Below, one piece after another: positions 28,426-39,013 of a stretch of 64,000 nucleotides of DNA (position 1 is the stretch's first letter; each line of letters begins with the position of its first letter). The notes below the pieces were generated by a model. It was not told where the DNA came from and did no database searches. It saw only the letters and a program-made list of their open reading frames with translations. The DNA is from Candidatus Latescibacterota bacterium. Its GTDB lineage: Bacteria; Latescibacterota; UBA2968; UBA8231. Location: assembly GCA_965243025.1 (NCBI GenBank), contig CBDETY010000003.1, forward strand, positions 4,576,001-4,640,000, written 5' to 3'. Made by a program: the position numbers and the translations under genes.

Positions 28426-30948
28426 TCATGGTTTTTCAGTTGTCGGAACCGGCCTTCGCCGGCGCTCGACGACGCCGAGAAGGAGCACGGCCACGAGCGA
28501 AAGCAGGGTTGCCGTCCGCGCCGCCATCACCGCCGGGGAGCGGTAGCGCAGCTCGACGCGGTGCTCCCCCGGCGGCAGGTAGACGGCCTTCCAGACGTAG
28601 CTGGCGCGCAGGAGGGGGACCTCGCCGCCGTCGACGAAGGCGCGCCAGTTCGGGTAGTAGTTCTCCGAGACGACCAGCAGCCGCGGCTCATCCGAGCTGG
28701 TCGAGAGGATTATGCGGCTGCCGTCTCCGGCGCGCTCCTCGACCTCGAGGCGGTCGCCGGAAAGGTCGCTGCCTTCGGCGGCGGCCGGCAGCGGGCCCGG
28801 GGGCTCCTGCTCCAGCACCGGGGTGAGCCGGGGGTCGACGGCGCCTTCCCGCAGCAGCTTCAGGATCTCGTCTTCATCCGTCTCCAGCCTGTACGAGGGA
28901 GCGAGGTAGTACCAGGGCAGGGCCCCGCCGTTCTCGTAGAGGCGGAGCCGCTCCCCGGAGAACACCTCGGGGAACAGGGACGTCTGCAGCAGCTGGGACT
29001 TCGGGGTCACGATCCAGCGGGCGTTGACGAGGTTGAGCAGGGGGCGCATGACCAGCAGCAGGGCGTCGTCGCCGTAGGGGACCTCGCGGCCGCCGAAGCG
29101 GGCCTGGAACATGGACAGGGGGAGGCCGAACTCGCGCGCGAGGCGGTCGTAGCGGCGGATGGTGAAGTCGCTGAAGCCGGTGACCGCGTCGGCGCCGTGG
29201 AGGTGGTGGCCGGGAGAGCGCAGCAACCGGTACGAGGGGATGGGGAAGACGCGGGAGCGCTCGCCGGAGGACTCGATAAACTCGAGCGTGCGGCGGTTCT
29301 CGCGGCGTATGTCCGGCCAGCGGGCGGGATCCTCGTAGACCAGGAAGAGGCGGTCGATGCGCCAGGTGTCGGCCAGGGTCAGGGCGATCAGGCCGGCGCA
29401 TGCCGCCGCGGCCGAGAGCTTGCGGCGCAGCAGGGCCCAGACGAGGGCGGCGGCCCCGGCGCAGACGAGGGCGGCGAGGAGTCCTCCGCCGGCGAGAACG
29501 GGCGCCCCGGAGAGCATGATCCGCCGTTTTGTATCGGAGATCCCGTCGTAGAGGAGGGCGGTCCAGAGCTCCAGGACGGTGTGCGGGACGGCGGCGGCTA
29601 GGGCGGCGATTCCCCCGAGGGCGGCGGCGGCGATCAGCAGCCGCCTGCGGAAGAGCTGTTTCTCCGGTTCTCCGGCGGTGACCGCCTGGTGCAGGCCGAA
29701 GGCGGCGAGCACGATGGCGGGAAAGGCGAACAGGAATGCGGCCATGCCGACCGAGCGCAATACCTTGCCGCCGGGCAGCAGGTGGGCGGCGATCCAGTGC
29801 ACGGGGGTGTGCCCGCCGAGGGTGAAGGCGAGGGCGAGGGCGAACAGCAGGGCCATGAAGGCCACGGCCGGGTTGCGCCGCCACGACCACAGGGCGGGCA
29901 GGGCCAGGAGCAGCACGGCGATGCCGAAGTACTCGGAGTTGTACTTGCCGGGATTGCGGCCCCAGTACTGGTCGCGGTTCTCCTGCGGGTTGTAGAAGCC
30001 GCCGAACTCCGGGACCACCAGCGACCCGACCTCCTCCGGGTGCAGGGACCAGCTGCGCGCCAGGGCAAGGGGGTCGCCGGTTCTTTCGGCGGTGGCGGCC
30101 TCGGCCCGCTTCGACTCGCGGGTGGCGTGCAGGTAGGAGGGGAACAGGCCTTCGGAGCCGATGCCGATGCCGAGAGCGGCGGCGAGGGTGAAGAGCCCGG
30201 TCCTGGCCAGCAGCGCACGCCTGGCCAGGGACTCCCGGTAGAGGAGGTACATATGAAACAGGAAGTAGAGGCCGACGGCGATGAGGGCGTACTGCAGCAT
30301 CTGCACGTGCGGGGTGTAGGCGCCCAGGCCGATCAGCAGGGCGAGCCAGAGGAAAGGCGACGGCTTCCCCTCGCGCATGCCGCGGTGGAGGCAGAGGTAC
30401 ATCCAGGGCAGCATGGCGATGACGGCCATCTTGGCGTAGTGGCCGGCGAAGGTGAAGGAGAGGAAGGTCGGCGCGAACATGAAGGCGACGGCCCCCCACA
30501 GGCAGGGCCAGCGGGCGAGGGAGAGGACGCGCAGGTAGAGGTACATCCCCCAGCCTGCGAAGAAGACGGTGAGCAGGTAGCGCCAGCCGAGGTGGCGCTG
30601 ATGGGTGGTGAACAGCTTCACCAGGCTGGTCGGGAAGAAGTCGCCGCGGATCTCTTCGGAAGCGGGGAATCCCCCGAGCTTCTCGTCCCAGGCGCCGGGG
30701 CCGTAGTTGGCGAGCTTCTCGGCGAACGGCTCCTTGCCGCGGTGGAAATCGGTGCCGGTGTCGCTTCCGTAGATGACCTTGCCGCTTAAGGGGAAGTCGT
30801 AGAAATAGAGAAGGGTCAGCAGGCCGAGGATGACGGGAACGGCCCAGGGAGAGGAGAGGCGGAAGCGGAACCTGTCCGCTTCGGGGGCCTGGACCGGGAC
30901 GGGGCGCGGTTCCGGGGACCCGGTGGCCCTGCGCTTCTTCCTACTCAT
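28426..30948 (-). CDS. YfhO-family polytopic membrane protein (GT-C-like)
   Basis: Many TMs, FFAGWGMY, YFGI, C-terminal LVVSENYYPNWRAFVDG...LPPGEHRVELRY; ATG 30948. Confidence 0.85.
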   Translation of the reverse strand: MSRKKRRATGSPEPRPVPVQAPEADRFRFRLSSPWAVPVILGLLTLLYFYDFPLSGKVIYGSDTGTDFHRGKEPFAEKLANYGPGAWDEKLGGFPASEEIRGDFFPTSLVKLFTTHQRHLGWRYLLTVFFAGWGMYLYLRVLSLARWPCLWGAVAFMFAPTFLSFTFAGHYAKMAVIAMLPWMYLCLHRGMREGKPSPFLWLALLIGLGAYTPHVQMLQYALIAVGLYFLFHMYLLYRESLARRALLARTGLFTLAAALGIGIGSEGLFPSYLHATRESKRAEAATAERTGDPLALARSWSLHPEEVGSLVVPEFGGFYNPQENRDQYWGRNPGKYNSEYFGIAVLLLALPALWSWRRNPAVAFMALLFALALAFTLGGHTPVHWIAAHLLPGGKVLRSVGMAAFLFAFPAIVLAAFGLHQAVTAGEPEKQLFRRRLLIAAAALGGIAALAAAVPHTVLELWTALLYDGISDTKRRIMLSGAPVLAGGGLLAALVCAGAAALVWALLRRKLSAAAACAGLIALTLADTWRIDRLFLVYEDPARWPDIRRENRRTLEFIESSGERSRVFPIPSYRLLRSPGHHLHGADAVTGFSDFTIRRYDRLAREFGLPLSMFQARFGGREVPYGDDALLLVMRPLLNLVNARWIVTPKSQLLQTSLFPEVFSGERLRLYENGGALPWYYLAPSYRLETDEDEILKLLREGAVDPRLTPVLEQEPPGPLPAAAEGSDLSGDRLEVEERAGDGSRIILSTSSDEPRLLVVSENYYPNWRAFVDGGEVPLLRASYVWKAVYLPPGEHRVELRYRSPAVMAARTATLLSLVAVLLLGVVERRRRPVPTTEKP

Positions 30949-32143
30949 GGGGCAGCTCCGCGGGTTTGTCCGCGGTCGGCGCGCCGGGGGCCTCCTGCCC
31001 GTGGGATCCCGCTTCCCCTGAGCCCCTGCTCCGGGCGGCATCCGCGGCGGCGATCAGCACTTCCTCCTGGCGGCGGGCGAGCTCGTCCCAGCCGAAGCGG
31101 CGGGCGTGCTCCCGCCCCTGTTCGCCCAAGGACCGGCGCAGCCCCGGGTCGTCGAGGAGCCGGCGCATGGCCGCGGCCAGGGCTTCGCCGTTGCCGCCGG
31201 GCACCAGCAGGCCGGTGACGTTGTCGAGGACGGCGTCGCGCAGGCCGTCGATGTCGGCAGCGACCACCGCCTTGCCGCTGGCACCGGCCTCGACCGCGGT
31301 CATGCCCCAGCCCTCGTAGCGGGAGGGCATGCAGAAGAACAGGGAGGCCGCCAGCAGCTGGCGCTTGTCTGTTTCCGACACCCGTCCGAGCAGCTCCACC
31401 CGGGGGCCGAGGCCGGTTCTGGCAACCAGCTTCTCGAGGCGCCGCACCTGAGACTTCTCGCCTCCCCCGGCGATCTTCAGCACCAGGCCGGGGCGCTCCG
31501 GGGCGACGCGGGCGAACGCCTCCAGCAGGGTGTCGATCCCCTTGGTGTGGATATCGATCCGCCCGAGGTAGAGGAGATACGGCTCTTCGGTGGCGGAGCT
31601 CGAGAAATAACCGTCGTCGACGCCGTTGCAGACGCAGTCGACGGGCACGGCCCGCCCGACCTGCCGGCGCACCCGTTCCTGCAAGCTCGGGGAGACGGTG
31701 AGAATGCGGGGGTAGGCGTGCAGCACGCGGCGCTCCGCCAGCAGGGCCGCCCACCCGGCCAGGGGGCGCTTGAGGATCGCGTGGCGGCCCATGAAGTGCT
31801 GGAAGAACAGCAGCCCGCGGCGGCGCACCGGCGCCGGCACCCGCAGGGGGGCGTAGGCGGAGAACTCGTTGACCCAGACGTCCCACTGCAGGCGCCGGAG
31901 GGCGGCGACGGCGCGGTTTGCGTAAGTGAGGCGGCTGATCGCGTAGCTGCGGGGCGAGCCGACCCGCAGCAGGCGCAGGCCGTCGACCTGCCGGACGGGC
32001 TCGGCCCCGGGAAAGGCGCCGGTGACCAGGGTGATCTCGTGGCGTCCGGCGAGGCGCTCGTAGATACGGCGCGCCCGGACCGCGCCGCCGCCGCCGAGCC
32101 AGGGGTTGTCGACGTCGTCGTAGATGAGGTGGCAGATCCTCAT
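30941..32143 (-). CDS. Glycosyltransferase family 4
   Basis: GGG N-terminal motif, YLGRI...KG, PSRYEGWGMTAVEA, DNVTGLLV. Confidence 0.92.
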   Translation of the reverse strand: MRICHLIYDDVDNPWLGGGGAVRARRIYERLAGRHEITLVTGAFPGAEPVRQVDGLRLLRVGSPRSYAISRLTYANRAVAALRRLQWDVWVNEFSAYAPLRVPAPVRRRGLLFFQHFMGRHAILKRPLAGWAALLAERRVLHAYPRILTVSPSLQERVRRQVGRAVPVDCVCNGVDDGYFSSSATEEPYLLYLGRIDIHTKGIDTLLEAFARVAPERPGLVLKIAGGGEKSQVRRLEKLVARTGLGPRVELLGRVSETDKRQLLAASLFFCMPSRYEGWGMTAVEAGASGKAVVAADIDGLRDAVLDNVTGLLVPGGNGEALAAAMRRLLDDPGLRRSLGEQGREHARRFGWDELARRQEEVLIAAADAARSRGSGEAGSHGQEAPGAPTADKPAELPHE

Positions 32144-32203
32144 GCCGTTCCGAGGCCCGGGCGGGGGAAGCGCCGCGGGCCGGCAGGTCCGTGTGGCAGG
32201 ATG

Positions 32204-32803
32204 CTACAGCCGTCCCTTGGTCGAGGGGATGGAATCGCTGCGGCCGGTCCGCAGGGTCGCCCGGTCGAGGGCCTGGGCGAATGCCTTGAAGATCGCCTCG
32301 ATGCCGTGGTGGTCGTTGCCCGAGCGCAGCAGGTCGACGTGGAGGTTGAACCTGCCGTGGTCGGAGACGGCGCGGAAGAACTCGACGACCAGGGAGACGG
32401 GGAAGTCCCCCACCCCGGTGTCGCGGAACTCCGGGGCGGCGCAGAGGTAGGAGCGGCCGGAAAGGTCGACGACGACCCGGGCCAGGGCCTCGTCCATCGG
32501 CACGTAGCTGTGGGCGAAACGCTGGATCCCCGAGCGGTCGCCGAGCGCTTTGTCGAGGGCTTTACCGAGGCAGATGCCGACGTCCTCGACGGTGTGGTGC
32601 TGGTCGATCTCGAGATCGCCGCGGCAGCGCAGCTCCAGGTCGAACAGGCCGTGGCGGGCGAAGGCGTCGAGCATGTGGTCGAAGAAGCCGATGCCGGTGT
32701 CGGCGGCGCAGCGGCCCACGCCGTCGAGGCCGAGCTCGAGATCGATGTCGGTCTCCGAGGTCTTGCGCAGGACTCGGGCGGTCCGGGCTTCGGCGGCGGC
32801 CAT
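32204..32803 (-). CDS. hisB: Imidazoleglycerol-phosphate dehydratase
   Basis: TGIGFFDHML, DQHHTVED, NDHHGIEAIFKA, PSTKG. Confidence 0.97.
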   Translation of the reverse strand: MAAAEARTARVLRKTSETDIDLELGLDGVGRCAADTGIGFFDHMLDAFARHGLFDLELRCRGDLEIDQHHTVEDVGICLGKALDKALGDRSGIQRFAHSYVPMDEALARVVVDLSGRSYLCAAPEFRDTGVGDFPVSLVVEFFRAVSDHGRFNLHVDLLRSGNDHHGIEAIFKAFAQALDRATLRTGRSDSIPSTKGRL

Positions 32804-34122
32804 CAGCTTTCCCTCCCGCTGTCTTCGAGGCGGACCTCGATGGCACGGGCGTGGGCCTCGAGCTCTTCGGCCCTGGCCAGGCGCGCGATCTTCTCACCCG
32901 TACGCCGCAGGCGCTGCCCGCTGTAGCCGAGGACACTGGTGGCCCTGACGAAGTCGTCGACGCCGAGGGCGGAGGCGAAGCGGGCGGCGCCGTTGGTCGG
33001 CAGCACGTGGTTGGGGCCGGCGAAGTAGTCGCCGACCGGCTCGCTGGAAGCCTCGCCGAGGAAGACGGCGCCGGCGTTGCGGATCTCGCCGAGCCAGCGC
33101 CAGGGGTCGGCGACCAGCAGCTCGACGTGCTCCGGGGCGATGCGGTCGACGAGGCGGGCGCCGGCTTCCAGGTCGGGCACGACGACGACGAGGCCGAAGT
33201 TGGCCAGGGCCGCGGCTATCTCCCGCCGCCGCGGCAGGGTGGCGAGCTGTCTTTCCGCCTCGGCCTGTACCCGGGCGGCGAGCGCTTCGGACGGGGTGAT
33301 GCAGACGGCGGCCTCGAAGCCGCTGCCGTGCTCGGCCTGCGCCAGCAGGTCGGCGGCGACGCAGCGCGGGTCGGCGTTGGCGTCGGCGAGGACGACGATC
33401 TCTGAGGGGCCTGCGACGGTGTCGATGCCGACGCGGCCGTAGACCTGCTGCTTGGCGGCGGCGGTGTACGGGCCGCCGGGGCCGGCGATCTTGTCGACCG
33501 CGGCGACGGTTCCGGTGCCGAAGGCGAGGGCGGCGACCGCCTGGGCGCCGCCGATGGCGTAGACCTCGTCGAGCTCCAGCATGGCGGCGGCGGCGAGAAT
33601 CACCGGGTGCGGCAGACCGCCGGGCCGCGGCGGGGTGACGACGCAGATCTGGTCGACGCCGGCCACCTGCGCCGACACCGCGGTCATCAGCAGCGTCGAC
33701 AGCAGGGGGGTCTGCCCTCCGGGGACGCAGAGGCCGACGCGGCGCAGCGGCAGGAACCGCTTGCCGAGGACGACGCCGTCCCCGTCCTCGAGGAACCAGG
33801 AGCCGCGCAGCTGGCGGCGGTGAAACGACCGGATGTTGGCGGCCGCCTCACAGACCGCTTCCTCCAAACCCCGATCCATTGCCGCCCGCGCGTCGTCGAG
33901 CGCCTTGCGCGGAACGCGGAATCCCCCGGGGGGCATGACGACGCCGTCGAACTTTTCGGTGTACCGGGCGACGGCGGCGTCCCCTTCGGCCTCGACGCGG
34001 CGCAGTATCTCCGCCACCGCATCGACGATCTCCGCGGGAAACCCGGCCTTGCGGTTCAGGACCGCTGCCAGCTTTCCGGCCGCTGGGGCTCCGGCGTCGG
34101 GGCAGCGCTGGATCTCGAGCAT
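32803..34122 (-). CDS. hisD: Histidinol dehydrogenase
   Basis: [42 protein letters not shown]; ATG 34122. Confidence 0.96.
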   Translation of the reverse strand: MLEIQRCPDAGAPAAGKLAAVLNRKAGFPAEIVDAVAEILRRVEAEGDAAVARYTEKFDGVVMPPGGFRVPRKALDDARAAMDRGLEEAVCEAAANIRSFHRRQLRGSWFLEDGDGVVLGKRFLPLRRVGLCVPGGQTPLLSTLLMTAVSAQVAGVDQICVVTPPRPGGLPHPVILAAAAMLELDEVYAIGGAQAVAALAFGTGTVAAVDKIAGPGGPYTAAAKQQVYGRVGIDTVAGPSEIVVLADANADPRCVAADLLAQAEHGSGFEAAVCITPSEALAARVQAEAERQLATLPRRREIAAALANFGLVVVVPDLEAGARLVDRIAPEHVELLVADPWRWLGEIRNAGAVFLGEASSEPVGDYFAGPNHVLPTNGAARFASALGVDDFVRATSVLGYSGQRLRRTGEKIARLARAEELEAHARAIEVRLEDSGRES

Positions 34123-35009
34123 CAGTAGACCACCTTGTTGAGGGGATACTCGATGATCCCCTCGGCGCCGTTGCGTTTGAGCCGCGGTATCAGGTCGCGG
34201 ACGATGGTCTCGTCCGCTATGGTCTCGACCGCCACCCAGTCGCCGTCGACCTGGTTGGAGATCGTCGGGGTGTGCAGGGCCGGCAGCAGCTCCATCACGG
34301 CGTCGAGGCGGGCGCGGGGCACGTTCATCTTGAGGCCGACCTTCGACTCGGCCTCGAGGGCGCCGGTCATCAGGGTGAACAGGTTGCGGATCTTCTGCTG
34401 CTTCCAGGAGTCGCTCCAGGAATCCCGGTTGGCGATCAGCCGCGTGGTCGACTCGAGCATGGTGTCGAGGATGCGCAGGCGGTTGGCGCGCAGGGAGGAG
34501 CCGGTCTCGGTGCCGTCGACGATGGCGTCGGCGACGCCGGGGATGCCGGCCTTGACCTCGGTCGCCCCCCACGAGAACTCCACCTCGGCCTCGACCCCGC
34601 GCTCGGCGAGGAAGCGGCGGGTGACGCCGACCAGCTCGCTGGCGACGCGCTTGCCCTGAAGGTCCTTCACGGTGCGGATGGGGGAGTTCTCCGGGACCGC
34701 GATCACCCAGCGGTAGGGCCGCGAGGTCGCCTTGCTGTAGAGCAGCTCGCCGACCTCGACGACGTCGGCGTCGTTCTCCTCGACCCAGTCCCTGCCGGTT
34801 ATGCCGGCGTCGCAGACGCCGCGGTCGACGTAGTGGGCGATCTCCTGGGCGCGGAAGAGGGTCACGCCGATCTCGGGGTCGTCGATCTCCGGCTGGTAGG
34901 ACCGCGAGGCGAGGCCGAGCCGGTAGCCGGCCCGCCCCAGCAGGTTGGCGGTGGCGTCGCGGAGGCTGCCTGACGGCAACCCCAGTTTCAGTCTGCTCTG
35001 CACGCTCAT
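34122..35009 (-). CDS. hisG: ATP phosphoribosyltransferase (long form)
   Basis: LPSGSL, GITGRDW, SWGATE, ETGSSLRAN, C-terminal regulatory domain (GAEGIIEYPLNK). Confidence 0.96.
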   Translation of the reverse strand: MSVQSRLKLGLPSGSLRDATANLLGRAGYRLGLASRSYQPEIDDPEIGVTLFRAQEIAHYVDRGVCDAGITGRDWVEENDADVVEVGELLYSKATSRPYRWVIAVPENSPIRTVKDLQGKRVASELVGVTRRFLAERGVEAEVEFSWGATEVKAGIPGVADAIVDGTETGSSLRANRLRILDTMLESTTRLIANRDSWSDSWKQQKIRNLFTLMTGALEAESKVGLKMNVPRARLDAVMELLPALHTPTISNQVDGDWVAVETIADETIVRDLIPRLKRNGAEGIIEYPLNKVVY

Positions 35010-35980
35010 ATCTCCCCGGTATCCGGTTCCTGGGCTTTCAGCTCCCGCAGGGTTTCCAGCACCCTGCCGGCCTCGCGGCGATCCTCGGCGGTGCCGGACT
35101 CGGCCAGGGGCCGCAGGTGCGGGGACGCCTTTTGCGCCCCCATCATTTCGAGGGAGCGGACCGCCTTGGTCCTGATCGTCTGCATCGGCTCCTCCAGCGA
35201 GGCGATCAGCGCCTCGGCGACGTTGTCGCGGGTGCGCTCGGATATGGGCCGGGGCCGCGGGGCCTTCCCGGAGGCGAGCTGGCCGAGCGCCTGGACCGCC
35301 ACGTGCCGCACCCTGGCCGAGGGGTCCCGGGTCATGCGGATGATCTCCTCGGCGGCGCCGCGGTAGCCGAACTCGCGGATCCCCAGAAGCGCGTTCACCC
35401 TGACCTTTGGGGTCGGGTCCCGGAGGGCGCGGAACACCACCCGGTAGGCGGAGTCGCCGACCGCCGGCTCCAGGGAATCGCTGTAGCAGCGGCCGAGGGC
35501 CCTGATCACCTCCTTGCGGACCTCCTTGGAAGCCTCGCCGGCGTAGCGCAGCATGGGCTCGACGGCCTGCGGGGCCTGCAACTCGCCGAGGCTCCAGGCG
35601 GCGACGGCGGCCACCATCGCGGACTTGTCGTCGAGGGCGGCGATCAGCGCCGGGGCGGCCTCGGGGTTTCTCAGGCGGCCGAGAAGCCGGACCACCTCGA
35701 AGCGCACCCGGGTGTACTCGGAATCCGCCTCTTCCATCAGCCTCGGCACGATCTCGTCGCCGTAGAGCAGCAGCTTGGCGGCGGCCTGTTCCCGCTCCTT
35801 GCTCTGCTGGCTGTGCAGGAGATGGATGTAGGGCTCCGGCGACGGTTTCGAGCAGCCGGTGAGAGCGGTACCGGCGACGATCCCGCCCCAGAACAGGGGG
35901 ACGGCGAGCAGGGCGGCTCCGGCGGCCGGCGGAAACGACCGCCGGATGCGGGAAGCGCCGGTTTTCGGAAGAGCTCTCAT
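35006..35980 (-). CDS. HEAT/PBS-lyase repeat protein, probable lipoprotein
   Basis: Hydrophobic N-terminus with lipobox-like LTGC, then repeated VR..A..ALG HEAT units; ATGA-coupled to hisG. Start uncertain (35980 or 36016). Confidence 0.8.
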   Translation of the reverse strand: MRALPKTGASRIRRSFPPAAGAALLAVPLFWGGIVAGTALTGCSKPSPEPYIHLLHSQQSKEREQAAAKLLLYGDEIVPRLMEEADSEYTRVRFEVVRLLGRLRNPEAAPALIAALDDKSAMVAAVAAWSLGELQAPQAVEPMLRYAGEASKEVRKEVIRALGRCYSDSLEPAVGDSAYRVVFRALRDPTPKVRVNALLGIREFGYRGAAEEIIRMTRDPSARVRHVAVQALGQLASGKAPRPRPISERTRDNVAEALIASLEEPMQTIRTKAVRSLEMMGAQKASPHLRPLAESGTAEDRREAGRVLETLRELKAQEPDTGEI

Positions 35981-36248
35981 TGCTGGAGGTTCACCCGTCG
36001 ATTCGTCTGTCTGCAATCGATTTCACCTATACCAATATATAGGCGAAGCGGAGCAATGCGGTTACGGTTCCGTATCGGTTCGGCCGCGCCGGCGGTCAGA
36101 ACGCGGCCGGCGGGCGGCGTCCGCCCGCGAAAACGGGCGCCGCCGGAAGGGTTCCGGACAACGCGCGGGTATGAAAATATGCAATCCGCTGCGCATCGAC
36201 TTCAGGCGATTCGAGAATCACGCGTATCCTGGATTCGGGGTACCAACG

Positions 36249-37253
36249 CTACTCCAGCAGACCTCGCGACTCCAGCTCCCCGACGGCACTGTCGACGCGG
36301 TCGTCCGCGCGCTGGCCTCCCGCCCATTCAACGAGATCCCGCAGCCCGGTTTCCAGGGGCACCTGCGGCGAGAAACCGAGAGCCCCCTGGATTTTTTCGA
36401 TGTCGGCGACGCAGTGGAGGACGTCGCCGGCGCGGACCCGGCCGCCCGGTCCGATCTCGCCGGTGAAACCGAGGGCCCCGGCGAGGCGTCCTGCAAGATC
36501 GAGAATGGAAGTCGCGGCCCCGGTCCCGACATTGTAGGCGCCGCCGGGGCAGCTTCCGTCGAGGGCGAGGCAGACCGCCTGGACGACGTCCCGGATATGG
36601 ACGAAATCGCGGGTCTGGGTGCCGTCGCCGAAAATTACCGGCGCCTGCCCGTTCAACAGCCGCGAGGCGAAGATCGCCGCCACCCCGGTGTAGGGGTTGT
36701 TCAGGGACTGCCCGGGGCCGTAAACGTTGAAGAACCTGAGGGCTACGGTCGGAATCCCGTAGGCACGACCCAGGGAGAGGGAGAGTTCTTCCTGGTCCCG
36801 CTTGGTGACGGCGTACACCGACGTCGGGCGAAGCGGGTGGCTCTCGCCCGTTAGGCCGGGGTCGCCCTCCCCGTATATCGACATGGAGGAGGCCACGACC
36901 ACCTTTTCGATGCGGCCGCCGAGCTTGAGGACCTCCTCCCACAGGACCGCGGTGCCGCTGCAGTTGACGTCGACGAAATGCTTCACCTGGTACATCGACT
37001 GGCCGATCCCGACCGCTGCCGCCAGGTGCACTACGCGGTCGACGCCGTCGAGGCATTTGGCCACCGTGTGCGGATCGCGAACGTCGCCGGTCACGCACTC
37101 GGCCGCCTCGGCCGCGAACGGGGGTCGGCTCTCCCCGTGGACCTGAGGGTCGAAGCTGTCGAGCACACGGACATCGCGGCCGCAGGCGCACAGCTGACGC
37201 ACGAGGTGGCTGCCGATGAATCCGGCCCCGCCGGTTACCAGGATCCTTCCCAT
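36249..37253 (-). CDS. NAD-dependent nucleotide-sugar epimerase/dehydratase
   Basis: ILVTGGAGFIGSH, YAVTK (YxxxK), LRFFNVYGPGQ, DGTQTRDFVH. Confidence 0.93.
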   Translation of the reverse strand: MGRILVTGGAGFIGSHLVRQLCACGRDVRVLDSFDPQVHGESRPPFAAEAAECVTGDVRDPHTVAKCLDGVDRVVHLAAAVGIGQSMYQVKHFVDVNCSGTAVLWEEVLKLGGRIEKVVVASSMSIYGEGDPGLTGESHPLRPTSVYAVTKRDQEELSLSLGRAYGIPTVALRFFNVYGPGQSLNNPYTGVAAIFASRLLNGQAPVIFGDGTQTRDFVHIRDVVQAVCLALDGSCPGGAYNVGTGAATSILDLAGRLAGALGFTGEIGPGGRVRAGDVLHCVADIEKIQGALGFSPQVPLETGLRDLVEWAGGQRADDRVDSAVGELESRGLLE

Positions 37254-37428
37254 TTTTTCCCCATCTTCCAAAGAACCTCCGCCGCGAGCGCCGGGCCTGT
37301 CGAAGAAATGCCGTAACTTTATTATCTATATATGGTTATAATTTAGAAGATGCGAGGTTCCCCGTCCAAATTGCCGCTGCCGCCAAGGCCGGCCTGAAGA
37401 TTTGCAGCCAGTAGAACGCGGAGAGGAC

Positions 37429-38889
37429 ATGGTGTTCAGGCGGATCGCGCGGGGTGCGTTCCACACCCTGAGCAGCGCCTACGCCGGCCGGTTGGTCAAC
37501 TGGATCGCCGTCTTCGTCCTGACCCGCGAGCTCACGCCGGAGGACTTCGGCCACGTGGCCTGGGCGGCCTCCCTGCTCGCCCTGGTTGTGTCCCTGCGCA
37601 ACTTCGGCCTCCAGAACGCCCTGCTGCACGACCACGAACGCGTCCACCAGCTGGCGCCTACCCACTTCATTCTCAATACCGGCCTGGGGGCGCTCGGGGC
37701 CCTCGCCGCGGTTGCCCTGGCGATTTTTTTCGTCGACAGCCAGTACGGCCGCAGCGTGGCCACGGCGATGGTGGTCTTCGCTGCCTTCGATTTCCTCCGG
37801 GCCTCGGCCCTGACCGCGGAAACCCAGCTCAGGCGCGACCTCGAATTCAGCTCCCTGGCGAGCATCCATGCCCTCGCCCTGATCGCGGCAGCGGTCTCCG
37901 GGATCGCGCTTGTCTTCCTGGGAGGCGGAATCTGGGCGATCATCCTCAGCCACTCCGCCTACGGAATCGGCTACGTCGCCGTCTACTGCGCCCTGCTCTG
38001 GCGCCGCCGCTCTCCCCTCCGGTTCAGCCTCTCCGACTTCGACCGGGCCGGGGCCCGGCGCCTCTTCCGATACGGGAAATGGATCTGGGTCGGGGTGATG
38101 CTCCAGACCTTCCTGCTCAACTTCGACAGGCTCGTGGTCGGCGCCCTCCTGGACGCCAGGGAACTCGGATTCTACGACCGCGCCCATGTCTTCGCGCAGC
38201 TTCCCACCGGGGCCCTCACCCATGCCCTTACGGGCATCATGATCGCCGTCTTCGCGCGCTATTCACAGGACCGGCAGCAGCTCGCCGGCGCCTTCCGCCG
38301 CTCGCTGCGGTGGATCAGCCGGTTGGCGGTTCCCTTGTCGGTCCTGCTCGCCATCGAGATTCCCCTGATCGTCCGGGTGCTGCTGGGAGAGTCCTGGCTG
38401 CCGATGGCGGAGATCCTGCGCTTCCTTCTTCTCTACTCCCTCTGCCGCCCTATCCTGGAAGCGGCCCTGACCCTCCTTCGCAGCATCGGAGATCCCCGGG
38501 GATTCGCAGCCGTCTGTGCGGCACAGTTCGCCATCCTCCTGGTTTCAGCGCCGGTCCTTACCTGGGCGCTGGCCATCAAAGGGACCGCCATGGCAATGAG
38601 CCTGACGGCGCTGACCGGCATGATCCTGGCGCTGGGACGCAGCAACCGCTACGTCGACGTACCCTGGGTTCGCAGCTTTGCACCGCCCCTGCTGGCCGCG
38701 GCCGCGACCGCGGCGGTTCGTCTGGCCGCGGATCCCTTCATCGACGCCTTGCCGACTCTTCCGGCCCTGGTCGTGGGGGTCACCGTTTTCGTTTTTTCCT
38801 ACTGCGCCGTCCTGCTGGCCCTGGAACGTCGAACCCTCCCGAACGAGCTGAGAACGTTCCGTGCCGCCCTGAGAAACGAAGAATCCTGA
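37429..38889 (+). CDS. Wzx/MOP-family oligosaccharide flippase
   Basis: LTRELTPEDFG, about 12 TMs, DRLVVGALL...LGFY motif; GAGAGG RBS before ATG 37429. Confidence 0.9.
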   Translation: MVFRRIARGAFHTLSSAYAGRLVNWIAVFVLTRELTPEDFGHVAWAASLLALVVSLRNFGLQNALLHDHERVHQLAPTHFILNTGLGALGALAAVALAIFFVDSQYGRSVATAMVVFAAFDFLRASALTAETQLRRDLEFSSLASIHALALIAAAVSGIALVFLGGGIWAIILSHSAYGIGYVAVYCALLWRRRSPLRFSLSDFDRAGARRLFRYGKWIWVGVMLQTFLLNFDRLVVGALLDARELGFYDRAHVFAQLPTGALTHALTGIMIAVFARYSQDRQQLAGAFRRSLRWISRLAVPLSVLLAIEIPLIVRVLLGESWLPMAEILRFLLLYSLCRPILEAALTLLRSIGDPRGFAAVCAAQFAILLVSAPVLTWALAIKGTAMAMSLTALTGMILALGRSNRYVDVPWVRSFAPPLLAAAATAAVRLAADPFIDALPTLPALVVGVTVFVFSYCAVLLALERRTLPNELRTFRAALRNEES

Positions 38890-39013
38890 CGCCAACCTCG
38901 ACCGGGTTCCCGTGGAAACTAAAAAATTGAACATGGCCTGCGGGTGATTGGAACCCGGTTGAAGAGATTGATAACTTCAGCCTGCTCACTAAAACTCAAA
39001 GTATAGAAACCGA

